Shown piece by piece: positions 21,211-32,021 of a DNA stretch of 64,000 nt. How positions within the stretch are numbered: position 1 is the first letter of the stretch; each line of letters starts with the position of its first letter. This DNA is from Methanothermococcus sp. GTDB taxonomy: Archaea; AGJL01; Methanococci; Methanococcales; Methanococcaceae. Under the pieces are notes generated by a model. That model did not search any database. It had not been told where the DNA came from and saw nothing but the letters and a program-made list of their open reading frames with translations. Position numbers and translations under genes: made by a program. The stretch lies in assembly GCF_015523155.1 (NCBI RefSeq), contig NZ_WAKW01000003.1, positions 3,695-67,694 of the forward strand, in the 5' to 3' direction.

Positions 21211-21900
21211 ATGAAAAGGTTATTTTTGATGATAACTTCTATTTTTATATTAACAACTATGAATTATGGTTCTGAACTCATAAATATAAGCCCAAAAATA
21301 ATAAATAATAATACCAATGATATTTATATTATATACCATCTAAATAATACACTTCCAATATACAATTTTACTTTGCTTGTAAATTCCAATAGTGTAATGT
21401 TTAAAAATAATTCAGTGAATATAGCCCATATCAAGGAATATCATGGAGTTTATAGAAATTTCAGTGGCAAAATTATAAAAAATATGGATAAATATAACAT
21501 TACTATATCTGTTAGATATATATTGAACAACTCATTGGTGAGTTATATAAAATATTACCATATAAAATACAGCAATTTTTCGGTGAAAAAACTAAATCAC
21601 TACAATAGTAATAGTAATTTAAGCAATTATTATGTAAATAAATATCAAAGTAATAAAAGCAATATTACAAAAAGTATAATAAACGACACATTTAACCATA
21701 GAAATGTTATATCTTCAGAAAATAACAATGGGAACAAGAAAAAATTAAAAAATAATTCAAAACCTACGAATTATAGTTTAAGCACCAATAAATCTTTAAA
21801 CAAAAAAGAGAATCAATTTGATTACATTATTTATGCAATAGTTGGTTTGATATTTGGCATTATTATTGCCATAATGGTGTTATATGTGTATGGGTTATAA
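21211..21900 (+). CDS. Hypothetical secreted, C-terminally anchored Asn-rich protein
   Basis: N-terminal signal-like MKRLFLMITSIFILTT, C-terminal TM segment, many N-x-S/T sequons. Confidence 0.6.
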   Translation: MKRLFLMITSIFILTTMNYGSELINISPKIINNNTNDIYIIYHLNNTLPIYNFTLLVNSNSVMFKNNSVNIAHIKEYHGVYRNFSGKIIKNMDKYNITISVRYILNNSLVSYIKYYHIKYSNFSVKKLNHYNSNSNLSNYYVNKYQSNKSNITKSIINDTFNHRNVISSENNNGNKKKLKNNSKPTNYSLSTNKSLNKKENQFDYIIYAIVGLIFGIIIAIMVLYVYGL

Positions 21901-21980
21901 CAGCACTATTTTTTAATTTTTTAATTTTTTATATTATTATGTATGACTTATTAAGTTAATTAAGTTAATAAGTGAATAAT

Positions 21981-22688
21981 ATGGATAAAATGGTTGTAGT
22001 GATTCCAGCATATAATGAAGAAAAAAATATTTTAAAAGTTTTAAATGATTTGAATAGTCTCAATGTTGATTCAATAGTTGTAGATGATGGAAGTTTGGAT
22101 GGGACAAAATTTGTTATTGAAAATTATATAAAAAACAATACAGCTAAAAATAAAATATATCCAATATTTAAAAATAAAAATGAAGGAAAATCAAAAGCAT
22201 TGGAAGATGGAACTAAATTGGCGTTAAAACAAGGATACAAATATATTGTGTATATGGATGGGGACTACCAGCACAAACCAAGTGATATTCCAAAAATGTT
22301 TAAAACATTGGAGAAAACTAATGCAGACGCTGTTTTTGGTATTAGAAGATATAATTATATTCCATTTTATAGGCAAATATCAAATTTTCTTGCGAGTATG
22401 TTAATGTCGTTAATAATCTCGATATATTCTAAAAAAATTTACTTTTTTAGAGATATACAGAGTGGATTTAGGATTATTAAAAGCGATTTTTTAAATAATG
22501 TATATTTCGGCGAAGGTTATAGTGTAGAGCATTTAATAGCCCTTCAATTGGCAAAAAAAAATGCTAAAATTGTTGAAGAATATATTAAAATTGAATACCA
22601 TCCTGATGCAACATCCCATATTACAACAAAAAAGATATTTGATGTTATGAAAGAGGTTGCAAAATTTGTTTTAATAAAAAAACAATAA
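21981..22688 (+). CDS. Glycosyltransferase family 2
   Basis: IPAYNEE, VDDGS.D, NEGKS, MDGDYQH, DIQSGFR. Confidence 0.9.
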   Translation: MDKMVVVIPAYNEEKNILKVLNDLNSLNVDSIVVDDGSLDGTKFVIENYIKNNTAKNKIYPIFKNKNEGKSKALEDGTKLALKQGYKYIVYMDGDYQHKPSDIPKMFKTLEKTNADAVFGIRRYNYIPFYRQISNFLASMLMSLIISIYSKKIYFFRDIQSGFRIIKSDFLNNVYFGEGYSVEHLIALQLAKKNAKIVEEYIKIEYHPDATSHITTKKIFDVMKEVAKFVLIKKQ

Positions 22689-22778
22689 TTTATAAATATA
22701 TATGAATTATTTTTTATTTTTATTATATTTATTTTATCATAATTTACAATATAAAAGAAATTAAAAAAAAGTGATAAT

Positions 22779-23621
22779 ATGATAGATTCGAAAACTAAAC
22801 TATTAGGGCTTATAGGACATCCTGTTGAGCATTCCTTATCCCCGATAATGCACAATGAGGCATTAAATGATAAAAATCTAAATTATGTATATCTCGCATT
22901 TGATGTTCTTCCCGAAAATTTAAAGTATGTTGTTGATGGAGTAAAATCTCTTGGAACAGTGGGTGGATTTAATGTAACTATCCCGTATAAAGTGGATATA
23001 ATGAAATACCTTGATGAAATAGATAAAGAGGCTGAGCTTATGGGTGCAGTAAATACTGTAAAACTAAAAGATAATAGGGCAATAGGGTATAACACCGATG
23101 GTTTAGGAGCAAGAATGTCCCTTGAAGAAGAAATCGGGAAGGTAGAAAATAAAAACATACTGATAATCGGTGCAGGCGGGGCTGCAAGAGCTGTGGCATT
23201 TGAACTTGCAAAAAACAATAATTTAACGATTGTAAATAGAACTGATAAAAAGGCGGAGCTCCTTGCAAAAGAAATATCTAAAAAATTAAATAAACATGTA
23301 TATTATAATAATTTAGATATAAATATTGGCGATTTCGATATAATTATCCATACCACTCCAATAGGCATGTATCCAAATGTTAATGTGAATCCTATAATAG
23401 ACACCAATAAAATTGAAGAAAATATGGTTGTAATGGATTTAATATATAATCCAGAGGAAACAGTCCTTTTAAGAGAGGCGAAAAAACGGGGTGCAAAAAC
23501 AATCAATGGTCTTGGAATGTTGGTGTATCAGGGAGCAATCTCTTTTGAGATATGGACGGGTGTTAAACCAGATATTGATGTTATGAAAAAGGCGATATAT
23601 GCTTCATTAAAAAAGAATTAA
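22779..23621 (+). CDS. aroE: Shikimate dehydrogenase
   Basis: HSLSP.MHN, NVTIPYK, GAVNT, NTDG, GAGGAARA, GLGMLVYQG. Confidence 0.95.
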   Translation: MIDSKTKLLGLIGHPVEHSLSPIMHNEALNDKNLNYVYLAFDVLPENLKYVVDGVKSLGTVGGFNVTIPYKVDIMKYLDEIDKEAELMGAVNTVKLKDNRAIGYNTDGLGARMSLEEEIGKVENKNILIIGAGGAARAVAFELAKNNNLTIVNRTDKKAELLAKEISKKLNKHVYYNNLDINIGDFDIIIHTTPIGMYPNVNVNPIIDTNKIEENMVVMDLIYNPEETVLLREAKKRGAKTINGLGMLVYQGAISFEIWTGVKPDIDVMKKAIYASLKKN

Positions 23622-23885
23622 AAAATTATTTATTAATATGAACCAAATTATATAAATTGAATAGGATAAAAAAGTTAAATTAAGTTTTTTTATTATTCCT
23701 CTGATTTAACAAATTCCACTACCATAAGCCATATACGCAATAATCCAAAAAAATAATGGAAGGAATATGTAATTTCTGAATGCAAATCTAATCCGTTATT
23801 AATTTCAAATAGTAATATTAATTAATATTGACAATTACAAATACCATGTCGGTTAAAAAGGTTTTAAGTTTATTATTATATGTTA

Positions 23886-24215
23886 GTGAACTACTGGCCT
23901 TATGGACGAAGCTTCCAGCCTGTCCCGTAGTCTTCACAGGCGTCACTGCACTGTCAGTCTTTGGACCTTTTCATTTAGGTAGCAATAAAATATTTGAGAA
24001 TAACTATATAATTATATAAATTACGGCTTTCATCCTTCCGTAGCGAAGCGGAGGCTACAACTAGAAAAACCTTCGGTTTTTGTTGCTCACTTACTTTGTA
24101 AGCGAAATGAAGGATTTTTTATCCCTTATCTTCGCGAAGCGAGGATATATTACAATCAAACGAAGTTAAAATCCGAAGGATTTATAACAGAAGGGGACTT
24201 CTTGCGGAATAAGTT
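23886..24215 (-). mobile_element. Non-autonomous IS200/IS605-derived element, copy B (hairpin array plus omega-RNA-like end)
   Basis: Reverse complement aligns with 61457-61871; on the minus strand ends GGAAGCTTCGTCCATAAGGCCAGTAGTTCAC. Confidence 0.7.
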
Positions 24216-24237
24216 GAAAATAAAAATTGGTGATTAC

Positions 24238-25356
24238 ATGATAGATGATAAAATAAGAGATATAGTGAAATCTTTTAAAGCCTATGTTCCAGGGAAATCA
24301 AAGGAAGAAATAGCAAGAAATTACGGGATAAACCCAAAAGATATTATAAAATTAGGTTCAAATGAAAACCCATGGGGATGCTCTCCGAAAATAAAGAATG
24401 AAATATTTAAAGAGATTCCAAAAATTTATCAATATCCAGAACCAATAAATCCAATACTCATGGAAGAGCTCTCCAAATTTACAGGAGTTTCAAAGGAGAA
24501 TATTGTTGTTGGTGGAGATGGTGCAGATGAGATAATAGATGCAACAATGAGGATATTGGTAAATAACGGCGATGAGGTAATTATTCCCATACCCACATTT
24601 ACACAGTATAGAATATCCGCATTAATATATGGTGCAAAGGTAAAATATGCAAAATTTGACAAGGAAAAGGATTTTAAATTGGATATTGATAGTATTTTAA
24701 ATAATATAACAGATAAAACAAAAATTATATTTCTATGTACCCCCAATAATCCAACAGGAAATATAATCGATAAAAAGGACATTGAAAAAATCATAAATTC
24801 AACGGACGCATTGGTGGTAATAGACCACGCCTATATAGAATATTCAAAAGAGGAATACGATTTAACAAACTGGGCATTAAAGTATGATAATGTTTTGGTG
24901 TTAAGAACATTTTCAAAGGTATTTGGTTTAGCAGGCCAGAGAATAGGCTACGGTATTACAAGTAAAAAAATCGTAGATTATATGATGAGGGTTAAACCAA
25001 TATTCAGTTTAACAAGATTAAGCCAAATCTGTGCTATTACAGCACTAAGAGATAAGGAATTTTTCAATAAATCAAAAAATGATGGTATAAAGAGCAGAGA
25101 AATATTATACGAAGGATTGAAGAAATTTAAAGAATTAAAAGTATATCCATCTGAGGCAAACTATCTTTTAGTTGAGGTTAAGAATGGTATGAGCTCAGGT
25201 GAGTTTTGTGAAGAACTCTTAAAAAGAGGGGTAATTATAAGAGATTGCAAGTCTTTTGAAGGACTTGATGGAGAGTATGTAAGGGTTGCCATTGGAACTT
25301 TTGAAGAGGATAAAAGATTTTTGGAGATTTTAAGGGATTTAATGATGAATATCTAA
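24238..25356 (+). CDS. hisC: Histidinol-phosphate aminotransferase
   Basis: [37 protein letters not shown]. Confidence 0.93.
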   Translation: MIDDKIRDIVKSFKAYVPGKSKEEIARNYGINPKDIIKLGSNENPWGCSPKIKNEIFKEIPKIYQYPEPINPILMEELSKFTGVSKENIVVGGDGADEIIDATMRILVNNGDEVIIPIPTFTQYRISALIYGAKVKYAKFDKEKDFKLDIDSILNNITDKTKIIFLCTPNNPTGNIIDKKDIEKIINSTDALVVIDHAYIEYSKEEYDLTNWALKYDNVLVLRTFSKVFGLAGQRIGYGITSKKIVDYMMRVKPIFSLTRLSQICAITALRDKEFFNKSKNDGIKSREILYEGLKKFKELKVYPSEANYLLVEVKNGMSSGEFCEELLKRGVIIRDCKSFEGLDGEYVRVAIGTFEEDKRFLEILRDLMMNI

Positions 25357-25459
25357 ATATCTAAATATTCAATATTATTATTTTTAAATATTTATGTTTT
25401 AAGTGGTTGATAATAGATTTCCCAATGATTATGAAAATTAAAAATATATGGTGATTTTA

Positions 25460-25624
25460 TTGAAAGATTTAGATTTATACAATGAAGAATTATGCAAACG
25501 GACGATTGTAGATTTAGACAAATTGAAAACAAAAAAAGTCAAATGCAACTGCGGGTATGTGTTTAACTGCGTTGGTAAAAGAATATTATGTCCAAGATGC
25601 AAAAGAATTTTTATAGTAAAATAA
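25460..25624 (+). CDS. Small Zn-ribbon-like protein (54 aa, TTG start, absent from ORF track)
   Basis: GGTGA RBS at about 25450; MKDLDLYNEELCKRTIVDLDKLKTKKVKCNCGYVFNCVGKRILCPRCKRIFIVK. Confidence 0.65.
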   Translation: MKDLDLYNEELCKRTIVDLDKLKTKKVKCNCGYVFNCVGKRILCPRCKRIFIVK

Positions 25625-25627
25625 AAA

Positions 25628-25656
25628 ACACCCCTCCTAAAAAAGGTTCGGAGTGC
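25628..25656 (-). promoter_or_regulatory. Archaeal SECIS element in the selD 3' UTR
   Basis: Minus strand GCACTCC-GAA-CCT-TTTTT-AGG-A-GGGGTGT: lower stem, GAA/A bulge, short apical stem, 8 nt after the selD stop. Confidence 0.85.
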
Positions 25657-25664
25657 TTTAAAAC

Positions 25665-26729
25665 TTAAATCTCTAAAATCTTTACATCTTTACTTAAATA
25701 AGCCTTCCCAACACCTGATTTTTTAACCCTTCCAACTTCAAATGCATAGCATCCGTTTTTATGAAGTTTTTCTATTAAATCCTGAGCATACTCTTGTTTT
25801 GTGGATATAAATAATCCACCAGCAGTTTCAGCACCATATCCTTTTAATAGGACATGTCCAAACAACGGGGCCAATTCACAAGTTCCTTTTATTACTGGAA
25901 GTGCATTGATTTCAATTTCAACGGAGCTCTGTTTCGCCATTTCATTACCATGTCCAAGAATTCCAAAACCTGTTATATCTGTCATAGCATGAGCAATTTT
26001 TTCACCAATTTCTTCTTCAAGTTCTCGAAGTGATAAAAGTGGTTTTCTATTGGATGAAGTCATCAATTCAATGGCTTTGCTTATAATTTTATTCTTTTCA
26101 GATTTTTCAATGTCAAGTAAATCATCAAATTCAGGGCCTACCCTTGATAGTGCCATTGCAGTCTGGGTACCCAATGGTTTTGTTAATATTAAAATATCTC
26201 CTTCTTTTGCACAGCTTTTTGTTAATATATCCTCTTTTTTTCCAACCCCTGATACAGCCCCGCCTATTAAAGGCCATGGGTTTAAAATTGTATGACCTCC
26301 TACAATGGTTGTTTCATTTTCCCTGCAAAAGTCCTGAAATCCTTTTAACATATCTCTTGAAACTTCTATTGGAAGGCTTTCTGGAATTCCCATAATTACC
26401 AATACGCCTATAACATCCAATACACCCATGGCATACACATCACTTGTGGAATTGCACGCTGCAATTCTGCCTTGTAAATATGGGTCATCTACTATTGGGG
26501 TAAATACATCGACGGTTTTTACCACTGCCATACCGTTTCTGATAATTACTGCGGCATCATCACCTAATCCAACATATGTTTTTTTTAAATCATCTTCTGA
26601 GACTATTCCTTTTACTAAAAATTCCAATTCGGTGTTGGGAAGTTTGCATGCTCATCCGTGAAGTTTTACCATTTCTGTAAGTTTTATATCTTTTTTTACT
26701 TTTTTTGCTGCATTGTTATTTAGTTCCAT
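25665..26729 (-). CDS. selD: Selenide, water dikinase, selenocysteine-containing (UGA at 26652-26654)
   Basis: ATG at 26729 with GGTGA RBS; in frame reads ..KLHG-TGA-ACKLPNTELEFL.. continuing into the 320-aa ORF (GDDAAV, DVYAMG, GGHT, TDITGFG); 354 aa. Confidence 0.93.
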
Positions 26730-26890
26730 AGGTTATCACCATTAATATATTTATACAATATATTATCAAAAATATTTATAATTATATATACCTACTATTT
26801 ATTAATTTATGGATAAGTATAATTTATAAGTATCTATTTAAAAATTTAATAATTATTCAAAGATATTAATTTTTTTAATATAGTGATATT

Positions 26891-27340
26891 ATGATAAGTA
26901 TCCCAAACTATAAAGATATAAATGCTAAAACCGTTGTTTTTGATTTAAACGGAACCCTTGCAGTAGATGGAAAAGTAGATAACGAAATAAAAGATCTCTT
27001 AAATGAATTAAATAAAAAATATAATATAGTTGTGCTAACCGCAGACACATTTGGAACTATAAGAAGAGAATTTGAAGGAAGTGATATAATTATTGAAATA
27101 ATAAAAAATACCGAAGAAAAGATGAATAAGGCAAAAAAACATGCTCCATATATTGGAGTTGGTAATGGAAATAACGACATAAACATGCTTAAAAATGCTG
27201 AGCTTGGGATAGCGGTAATTGGAAAAGAAGGATGTAGTATCAAAACTCTATTATCCGCAGATATTGTTGTAAATAATATTATGGATGCCATATATTTGCT
27301 GTTAAATGAGAAAAGAATGATAGCAACACTTAGGAAATAA
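26891..27340 (+). CDS. HAD-family hydrolase (soluble P-type ATPase-like)
   Basis: FDLNGTLA, LTADTFG, VGNGNND. Confidence 0.85.
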   Translation: MISIPNYKDINAKTVVFDLNGTLAVDGKVDNEIKDLLNELNKKYNIVVLTADTFGTIRREFEGSDIIIEIIKNTEEKMNKAKKHAPYIGVGNGNNDINMLKNAELGIAVIGKEGCSIKTLLSADIVVNNIMDAIYLLLNEKRMIATLRK

Positions 27341-27667
27341 AAAAATATAAAAAACTATATAATTTTCTTATTCTTTATTTTCCACCTACTTTTTATTTCT
27401 CGGTAGGTAATGAGCTTTTAGTGATATTATAAAAAGTTTTAAATTGATGTTTTTAACCGTGGTCTTCCCTTGCTTTTCCCTCCTAATTCTATCATTCATT
27501 TTTTAATAATAGCATCTGCTACTATCATGTGATTTTATAGCAAACTCACCATATATTGACTGTATACTGAGATTATAATTTTTCTTTTTTATATTTTATA
27601 GATAATATAAACCTTTATTTATAGTAGTTTCTATCTAAATATTATATATAATTATTTAGGTGATATT

Positions 27668-28507
27668 ATGAAGTTTGGAGTATCTTCGCTTGTGTTTTTA
27701 CCTGAAACATTGCAGTCATCCATAGAAAAGGTTGCCGAAAATAGGTTTGATTGTTGGGAAATTGTATGTGAAGGCAGCCATCAATTGAATCCTAAAAATA
27801 TAAAATACCTTATGGAGTTAAAAAATAGGTATGAAGTGGATATTGTGGTTCATGCTCCATTCTCTGATTTAAATCCTGCTTCAATGAACGACAGAGTGAG
27901 ACAACTAACTATCGACTGTATAGTGGAGGCAATTGAAGGGGCATTTGAACTTGATGCAAATGTTGTAACAGTTCATCCGGGATATATACCACCCTTGTGG
28001 TCAAATTACGTGGAGGATATATTGGTGGATAACAATTTTTCAACATTAAATGATATAGTTGAGGTAGCAGAAGATTATGAAGTTATGATTGGTTTGGAAA
28101 ATATGCCCAATTATATGGGAGTTTTAGGTATAACCCCTGAGAGTTTGAAAGAGATTGTAAAAGATATAGATTCTAAGTATTTGGGTATTACCTTTGATAT
28201 TGGTCATGCAAATACTGCCTGCGGAAATCCAAGTGAGTATGTTAAGGAATTAAATAAAATAGGAGAAGGTATTGTTCATGTTCATTGCCACGATAACAAT
28301 GGAAACGACGATGAACATTTAAAAGTTGGAGATGGAAATATTGATTTTTTCAGTGTATTTAGGGAATTAAAGGATATGGATTATGAGGGTGTTATATCCT
28401 TTGAATCCAAAAATATAAGGGATGCAGTTAAAAGCAGAGAGATTGTTAAGGAACTATTGTCCAATATTGAGCTAAACAAAAGTAAAGTATTGAATATAAA
28501 AATATAA
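27668..28507 (+). CDS. Sugar phosphate isomerase/AP endonuclease-2 family TIM-barrel protein
   Basis: VHAPFSDLN, TVHPG, GLENM, FDIGHA, HCHDNNG..DEH. Confidence 0.85.
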   Translation: MKFGVSSLVFLPETLQSSIEKVAENRFDCWEIVCEGSHQLNPKNIKYLMELKNRYEVDIVVHAPFSDLNPASMNDRVRQLTIDCIVEAIEGAFELDANVVTVHPGYIPPLWSNYVEDILVDNNFSTLNDIVEVAEDYEVMIGLENMPNYMGVLGITPESLKEIVKDIDSKYLGITFDIGHANTACGNPSEYVKELNKIGEGIVHVHCHDNNGNDDEHLKVGDGNIDFFSVFRELKDMDYEGVISFESKNIRDAVKSREIVKELLSNIELNKSKVLNIKI

Positions 28508-28570
28508 AATATAGTATGTGGTATTGATTATATAAATGATTGATAGGGATAATAGTAAAATGGTGATAAA

Positions 28571-29245
28571 ATGAAAATAGCAATTTTAGGAGGAACAGGA
28601 GACCAAGGTTTTGGTTTAGCACTCAGATTTGCTAAAAATCACGATGTTATAATAGGTTCAAGAAAGGAGGAAAAAGCAGAAGAGGCATCAAATAAAGTAA
28701 AGGAAATATTATCCTCAAAGGGACTAAAATATAAAAATGTAATAGGTTTAGACAACAAAGAAGCTTCAAAAGAAGGGGATGTTGTTATTTTATCATTACC
28801 ATATCAGTACATATTATCAACATTAAAGGATTTAAAAGAAGAATTAGCAGGTAAAATAGTTGTATCTATTGGAGTTCCACTGGCAACGGCAATAGGAGAT
28901 AAGCCAACGAGGGTGGTTTTACCACCTCAGGGTTCAGTTGCTGAAATGGTTCAAGATTACTTAAAGAATTCAAAAGTGGTAAGTGCATTCCAAAATGTAT
29001 GTTGTAAGGAGCTCGAAGATATAGACAACCCTGTGGATTGCGATATACTTGTTTGTGGAGATGATGCTGAATCAAAAAATATTATAATGTCTCTTGCAGA
29101 AGAAATCGATGGAGTTAGAGCAATAGACTGCGGAAAATTGGAGCTATCAAGCTACATAGAACAAATTACGCCACTCTTAATAGGGTTAAATATAAAATAT
29201 AAATTAAAAGGTTCTGGAATAAGAATAACAGAATTAAAAGAATAA
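28571..29245 (+). CDS. npdG: F420H2:NADP+ oxidoreductase
   Basis: GGTGDQGFGLA, IGSR, GSVAE, VVSAFQN. Confidence 0.9.
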   Translation: MKIAILGGTGDQGFGLALRFAKNHDVIIGSRKEEKAEEASNKVKEILSSKGLKYKNVIGLDNKEASKEGDVVILSLPYQYILSTLKDLKEELAGKIVVSIGVPLATAIGDKPTRVVLPPQGSVAEMVQDYLKNSKVVSAFQNVCCKELEDIDNPVDCDILVCGDDAESKNIIMSLAEEIDGVRAIDCGKLELSSYIEQITPLLIGLNIKYKLKGSGIRITELKE

Positions 29246-29271
29246 TAACATAAAATTAGAAAAATTAAATG

Positions 29272-29721
29272 TTATCTATATTTTTTTATATTTTCAGCAA
29301 ACTTTTTTGCATTCTCCAAATCCTCTTTATTTGGATGTCCTTTATTTATACCACCAATTAATTTGAACACTGAATAATCTTCATAACCTCTACATGAAAA
29401 TTCTCCAACAATATTAAATTCCTTATTTTTTAATTTATTTCTCAAAATTTTATGATAAAGTGGTAAATCTATACCGTGCGTAGAAAATATAAATGCTTTT
29501 TTATTTTTGCCAGATATTTTATCCACAAGTTTTAAGAGCTCTTTATGATGTTTCCCAAAGTATATCCCAGAGCCAAATCCTATTAAACCGTATTTTTTAG
29601 TTTCATCGGGGTTTATTTTCTCCGGCTCAATAACATCTGCATTTAAGACCTCTGCCATAGCATCTGCTATTTTTTTAGTATTTCCGTGGTGTATGGATTT
29701 ACAAATGATTAATGTTTTCAT
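29272..29721 (-). CDS. Flavodoxin-family protein
   Basis: SIHHGNTKKIA, GFGSGIY, FSTHG, GHP. Confidence 0.85.
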   Translation of the reverse strand: MKTLIICKSIHHGNTKKIADAMAEVLNADVIEPEKINPDETKKYGLIGFGSGIYFGKHHKELLKLVDKISGKNKKAFIFSTHGIDLPLYHKILRNKLKNKEFNIVGEFSCRGYEDYSVFKLIGGINKGHPNKEDLENAKKFAENIKKYR

Positions 29722-29821
29722 AATTCCCCCTTATTGTAAGGTAATTAAATAGTATAATATATGCTGAATAATAAAAATAAAATAGTAAATATATGCTTTG
29801 TAATCCTGCGGTGATTATTTA

Positions 29822-31174
29822 TTATTCTTTAAACATTAACTGCCTCATTATTTTACCCATTGGACCTCCCATTTTAAGCATTTTTCCTCTTTTTAAATTC
29901 TGAAATGCGTTTTTAGTTGTGGCATAATATTTTAAGAGATCCTTTATCTCCTCCTGTTTAACTCCTGCACCCCTTGCTATTCTCTTCATTCTTGAAGCTT
30001 TAATTATCTCAGGATTTTCTTTTTCCTCCTTAGTCATGGAATCCATTATAATTTTATACTTCTTTAATTTCTGCTCTGTGAGATTTGCTGCATCTTTTGG
30101 AATAGCTCCTCCAAATCCTGGAATCATGCTCATTATTTGTTTCATAGGTCCCATTTTAGATATTGCTTCCAGCTGAGAGTATAATTCATTAAGTGTGAAT
30201 TTTCCTTTTAATATGGCATCTATGCTTTCCTCCGTATCATCATCTATTAAATCCTCTGTTTTTTCAAGAAGTGAGTCCAAATCTCCCATTCCTAAAAGCC
30301 TTGAAATAAATTTATTTGGGTCGAATGGCTCCAAATCATCTACATTTTCCCCAGTACCTATGAATTTTATAGGTGCGTTTATCTCCGCCACGGCACTTAG
30401 GGCTCCCCCACCTTTTGCAGAACCATCCAATTTTGTAACGAGTATGCTTCCTATTTCACCTACTGCATCTTTAAATGCTTTTGCCTGATTTTTTGCCTGC
30501 TGTCCAAGTGTTCCATCTATTACAAGTATAATTTCGTCTGGATTTACAACATCTTTTATTTGTTTCATCTCCTTTAGAAGTCCAGCTTCTTCTTTATGTC
30601 TTCCTGCGGTATCTATTATCAAAACATCCATTTTTTTAAGGTTTTTAATACCATCTTTTGCAATTTCTATTGGAGTTTTTGTTTTTGTTTCATCACCATA
30701 CAATGGAACATGTATCTTCTCTGCAAGCTGTTTTAGTTGCTGGTATGCCGCAGGTCTGTATATATCCGCCGCTATTAATCCAGGCTTTAAACCTCTTTTT
30801 TGGATGTATCTTGCAAGTTTTGCGGCACTTGTGGTTTTACCACTACCTTGAATACCTACAAGTAATATAATTGTTTGTTTTTTTGGATTTAACTCCAACT
30901 TTTGCCCTTCTTCACCAAGTAGTTTTACAAGTTCTTCATAAACAATTTTTAGTATATGCTCTTTTTTTGAAAGTCCTTTTGGTATATTTTCGTTTATTGC
31001 CCTTTTTTCTATTTCTTTACTCATTTTAAATACAAGTTTTACATTGACATCCGCCTGAATTAGTGCCTTTTGGATATCCTTAATTACTTCTTTTATAAGC
31101 TTTTTATCTACGAATGTAGCATTTTTTATTTTATTCAATGCGTTGGTGATGTTTTGTCCCAATTTATCAAGCAT
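29822..31174 (-). CDS. srp54: Signal recognition particle protein Srp54
   Basis: [26 protein letters not shown], Met-rich M domain. Confidence 0.95.
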   Translation of the reverse strand: MLDKLGQNITNALNKIKNATFVDKKLIKEVIKDIQKALIQADVNVKLVFKMSKEIEKRAINENIPKGLSKKEHILKIVYEELVKLLGEEGQKLELNPKKQTIILLVGIQGSGKTTSAAKLARYIQKRGLKPGLIAADIYRPAAYQQLKQLAEKIHVPLYGDETKTKTPIEIAKDGIKNLKKMDVLIIDTAGRHKEEAGLLKEMKQIKDVVNPDEIILVIDGTLGQQAKNQAKAFKDAVGEIGSILVTKLDGSAKGGGALSAVAEINAPIKFIGTGENVDDLEPFDPNKFISRLLGMGDLDSLLEKTEDLIDDDTEESIDAILKGKFTLNELYSQLEAISKMGPMKQIMSMIPGFGGAIPKDAANLTEQKLKKYKIIMDSMTKEEKENPEIIKASRMKRIARGAGVKQEEIKDLLKYYATTKNAFQNLKRGKMLKMGGPMGKIMRQLMFKE

Positions 31175-31221
31175 AATTTCACCTAATATCTTAATATCTT
31201 AAAATTAAAATTATTTTACAA

Positions 31222-31782
31222 TTATTCTCTCCATCTTTTAAATAAATTGTTTTTCATTCCTAAATTGTCCAATATTCTCCCCACTACAAAATTAATAATA
31301 TCATCTATTGTTTTTGGCTCATTGTAAAATCCAGGAATAGGGGGCATTATTAAAACTCCTAATTTTGAGAGTTTTAGCATGTTTTCAAGATGTATGGCAC
31401 TAAAAGGCATTTCTCTTGGCATAACTATTAATTTTCTCTGCTCTTTTAGAGCTATATCACAAACCCTACATATTAAATTACTACTGTATCCATTTGCTAT
31501 TGACGATAATGTCTTCATAGAACATGGCACTACAACAACGGCATCGAATATATTTGAACCTGATGCAACAGGTGAAAAGAAATCGTTATTTTCGTAGTAT
31601 TCATCAGATAATTTTATAAAATCATCAATTGTAATTTTTAACTCATGTTTTATTATTTCTTTCGCTGATTTAGAAATTATTAAACAAGTTTTTACATTTT
31701 CATTATCCTTTAAAACTTCAAGAAGTCTTTTAGCATAGTGAGCTCCGCTTGCACCACTTACGCATACCACTATTTTTTTCAT
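31222..31782 (-). CDS. ubiX: UbiX-family flavin prenyltransferase
   Basis: SGASGA, VASGS, PCSMKTL, RE.P, PPIPGFY. Confidence 0.92.
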   Translation of the reverse strand: MKKIVVCVSGASGAHYAKRLLEVLKDNENVKTCLIISKSAKEIIKHELKITIDDFIKLSDEYYENNDFFSPVASGSNIFDAVVVVPCSMKTLSSIANGYSSNLICRVCDIALKEQRKLIVMPREMPFSAIHLENMLKLSKLGVLIMPPIPGFYNEPKTIDDIINFVVGRILDNLGMKNNLFKRWRE

Positions 31783-31896
31783 GTTATTTCTCCAACAATT
31801 ATTATATATTGTATAAGATGAGGCATTATTTTTATATAAAATTTGTTAAAATATAATTATATATTAAAATAAACAAATATTACCTTCGCAAAAAAA

Positions 31897-31910
31897 ATAG
31901 TGCGGGGGAA
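31897..31910 (-). repeat. Direct repeat of the tRNA-Leu 3' end (att-like)
   Basis: ATAGTGCGGGGGAA at 31897-31910 identical to 32018-32031. Confidence 0.65.
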
Positions 31911-32021
31911 TTGATTCAAACGCATCTTTTAAAAAAGGATGCTATCCAAAATCCAACCTCCACTCGCTATCACTCGTGTCGGTTGGAACCTGATATAGTA
32001 ATATTGGTATAAAAAATATAG

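Noticed and set aside
23692-23826. Minus-strand open stretch ending ...RIWLMVVEFVKSEE
   Set aside because: No in-frame start and no recognisable family; possibly a pseudogene fragment but unsupported
23828-24019. 63-aa plus-strand ORF
   Set aside because: Lies across the mobile-element remnant, antisense to its TnpB-like tail
26428-26661. Plus-strand ORFs over selD and the track's TTG start at 26627
   Set aside because: Antisense shadows; the 26627 start is an artefact of treating the Sec UGA as a stop
27380-27580. Fragmentary minus-strand frames (IELGGKSKGRPR)
   Set aside because: Too short and interrupted to call a pseudogene
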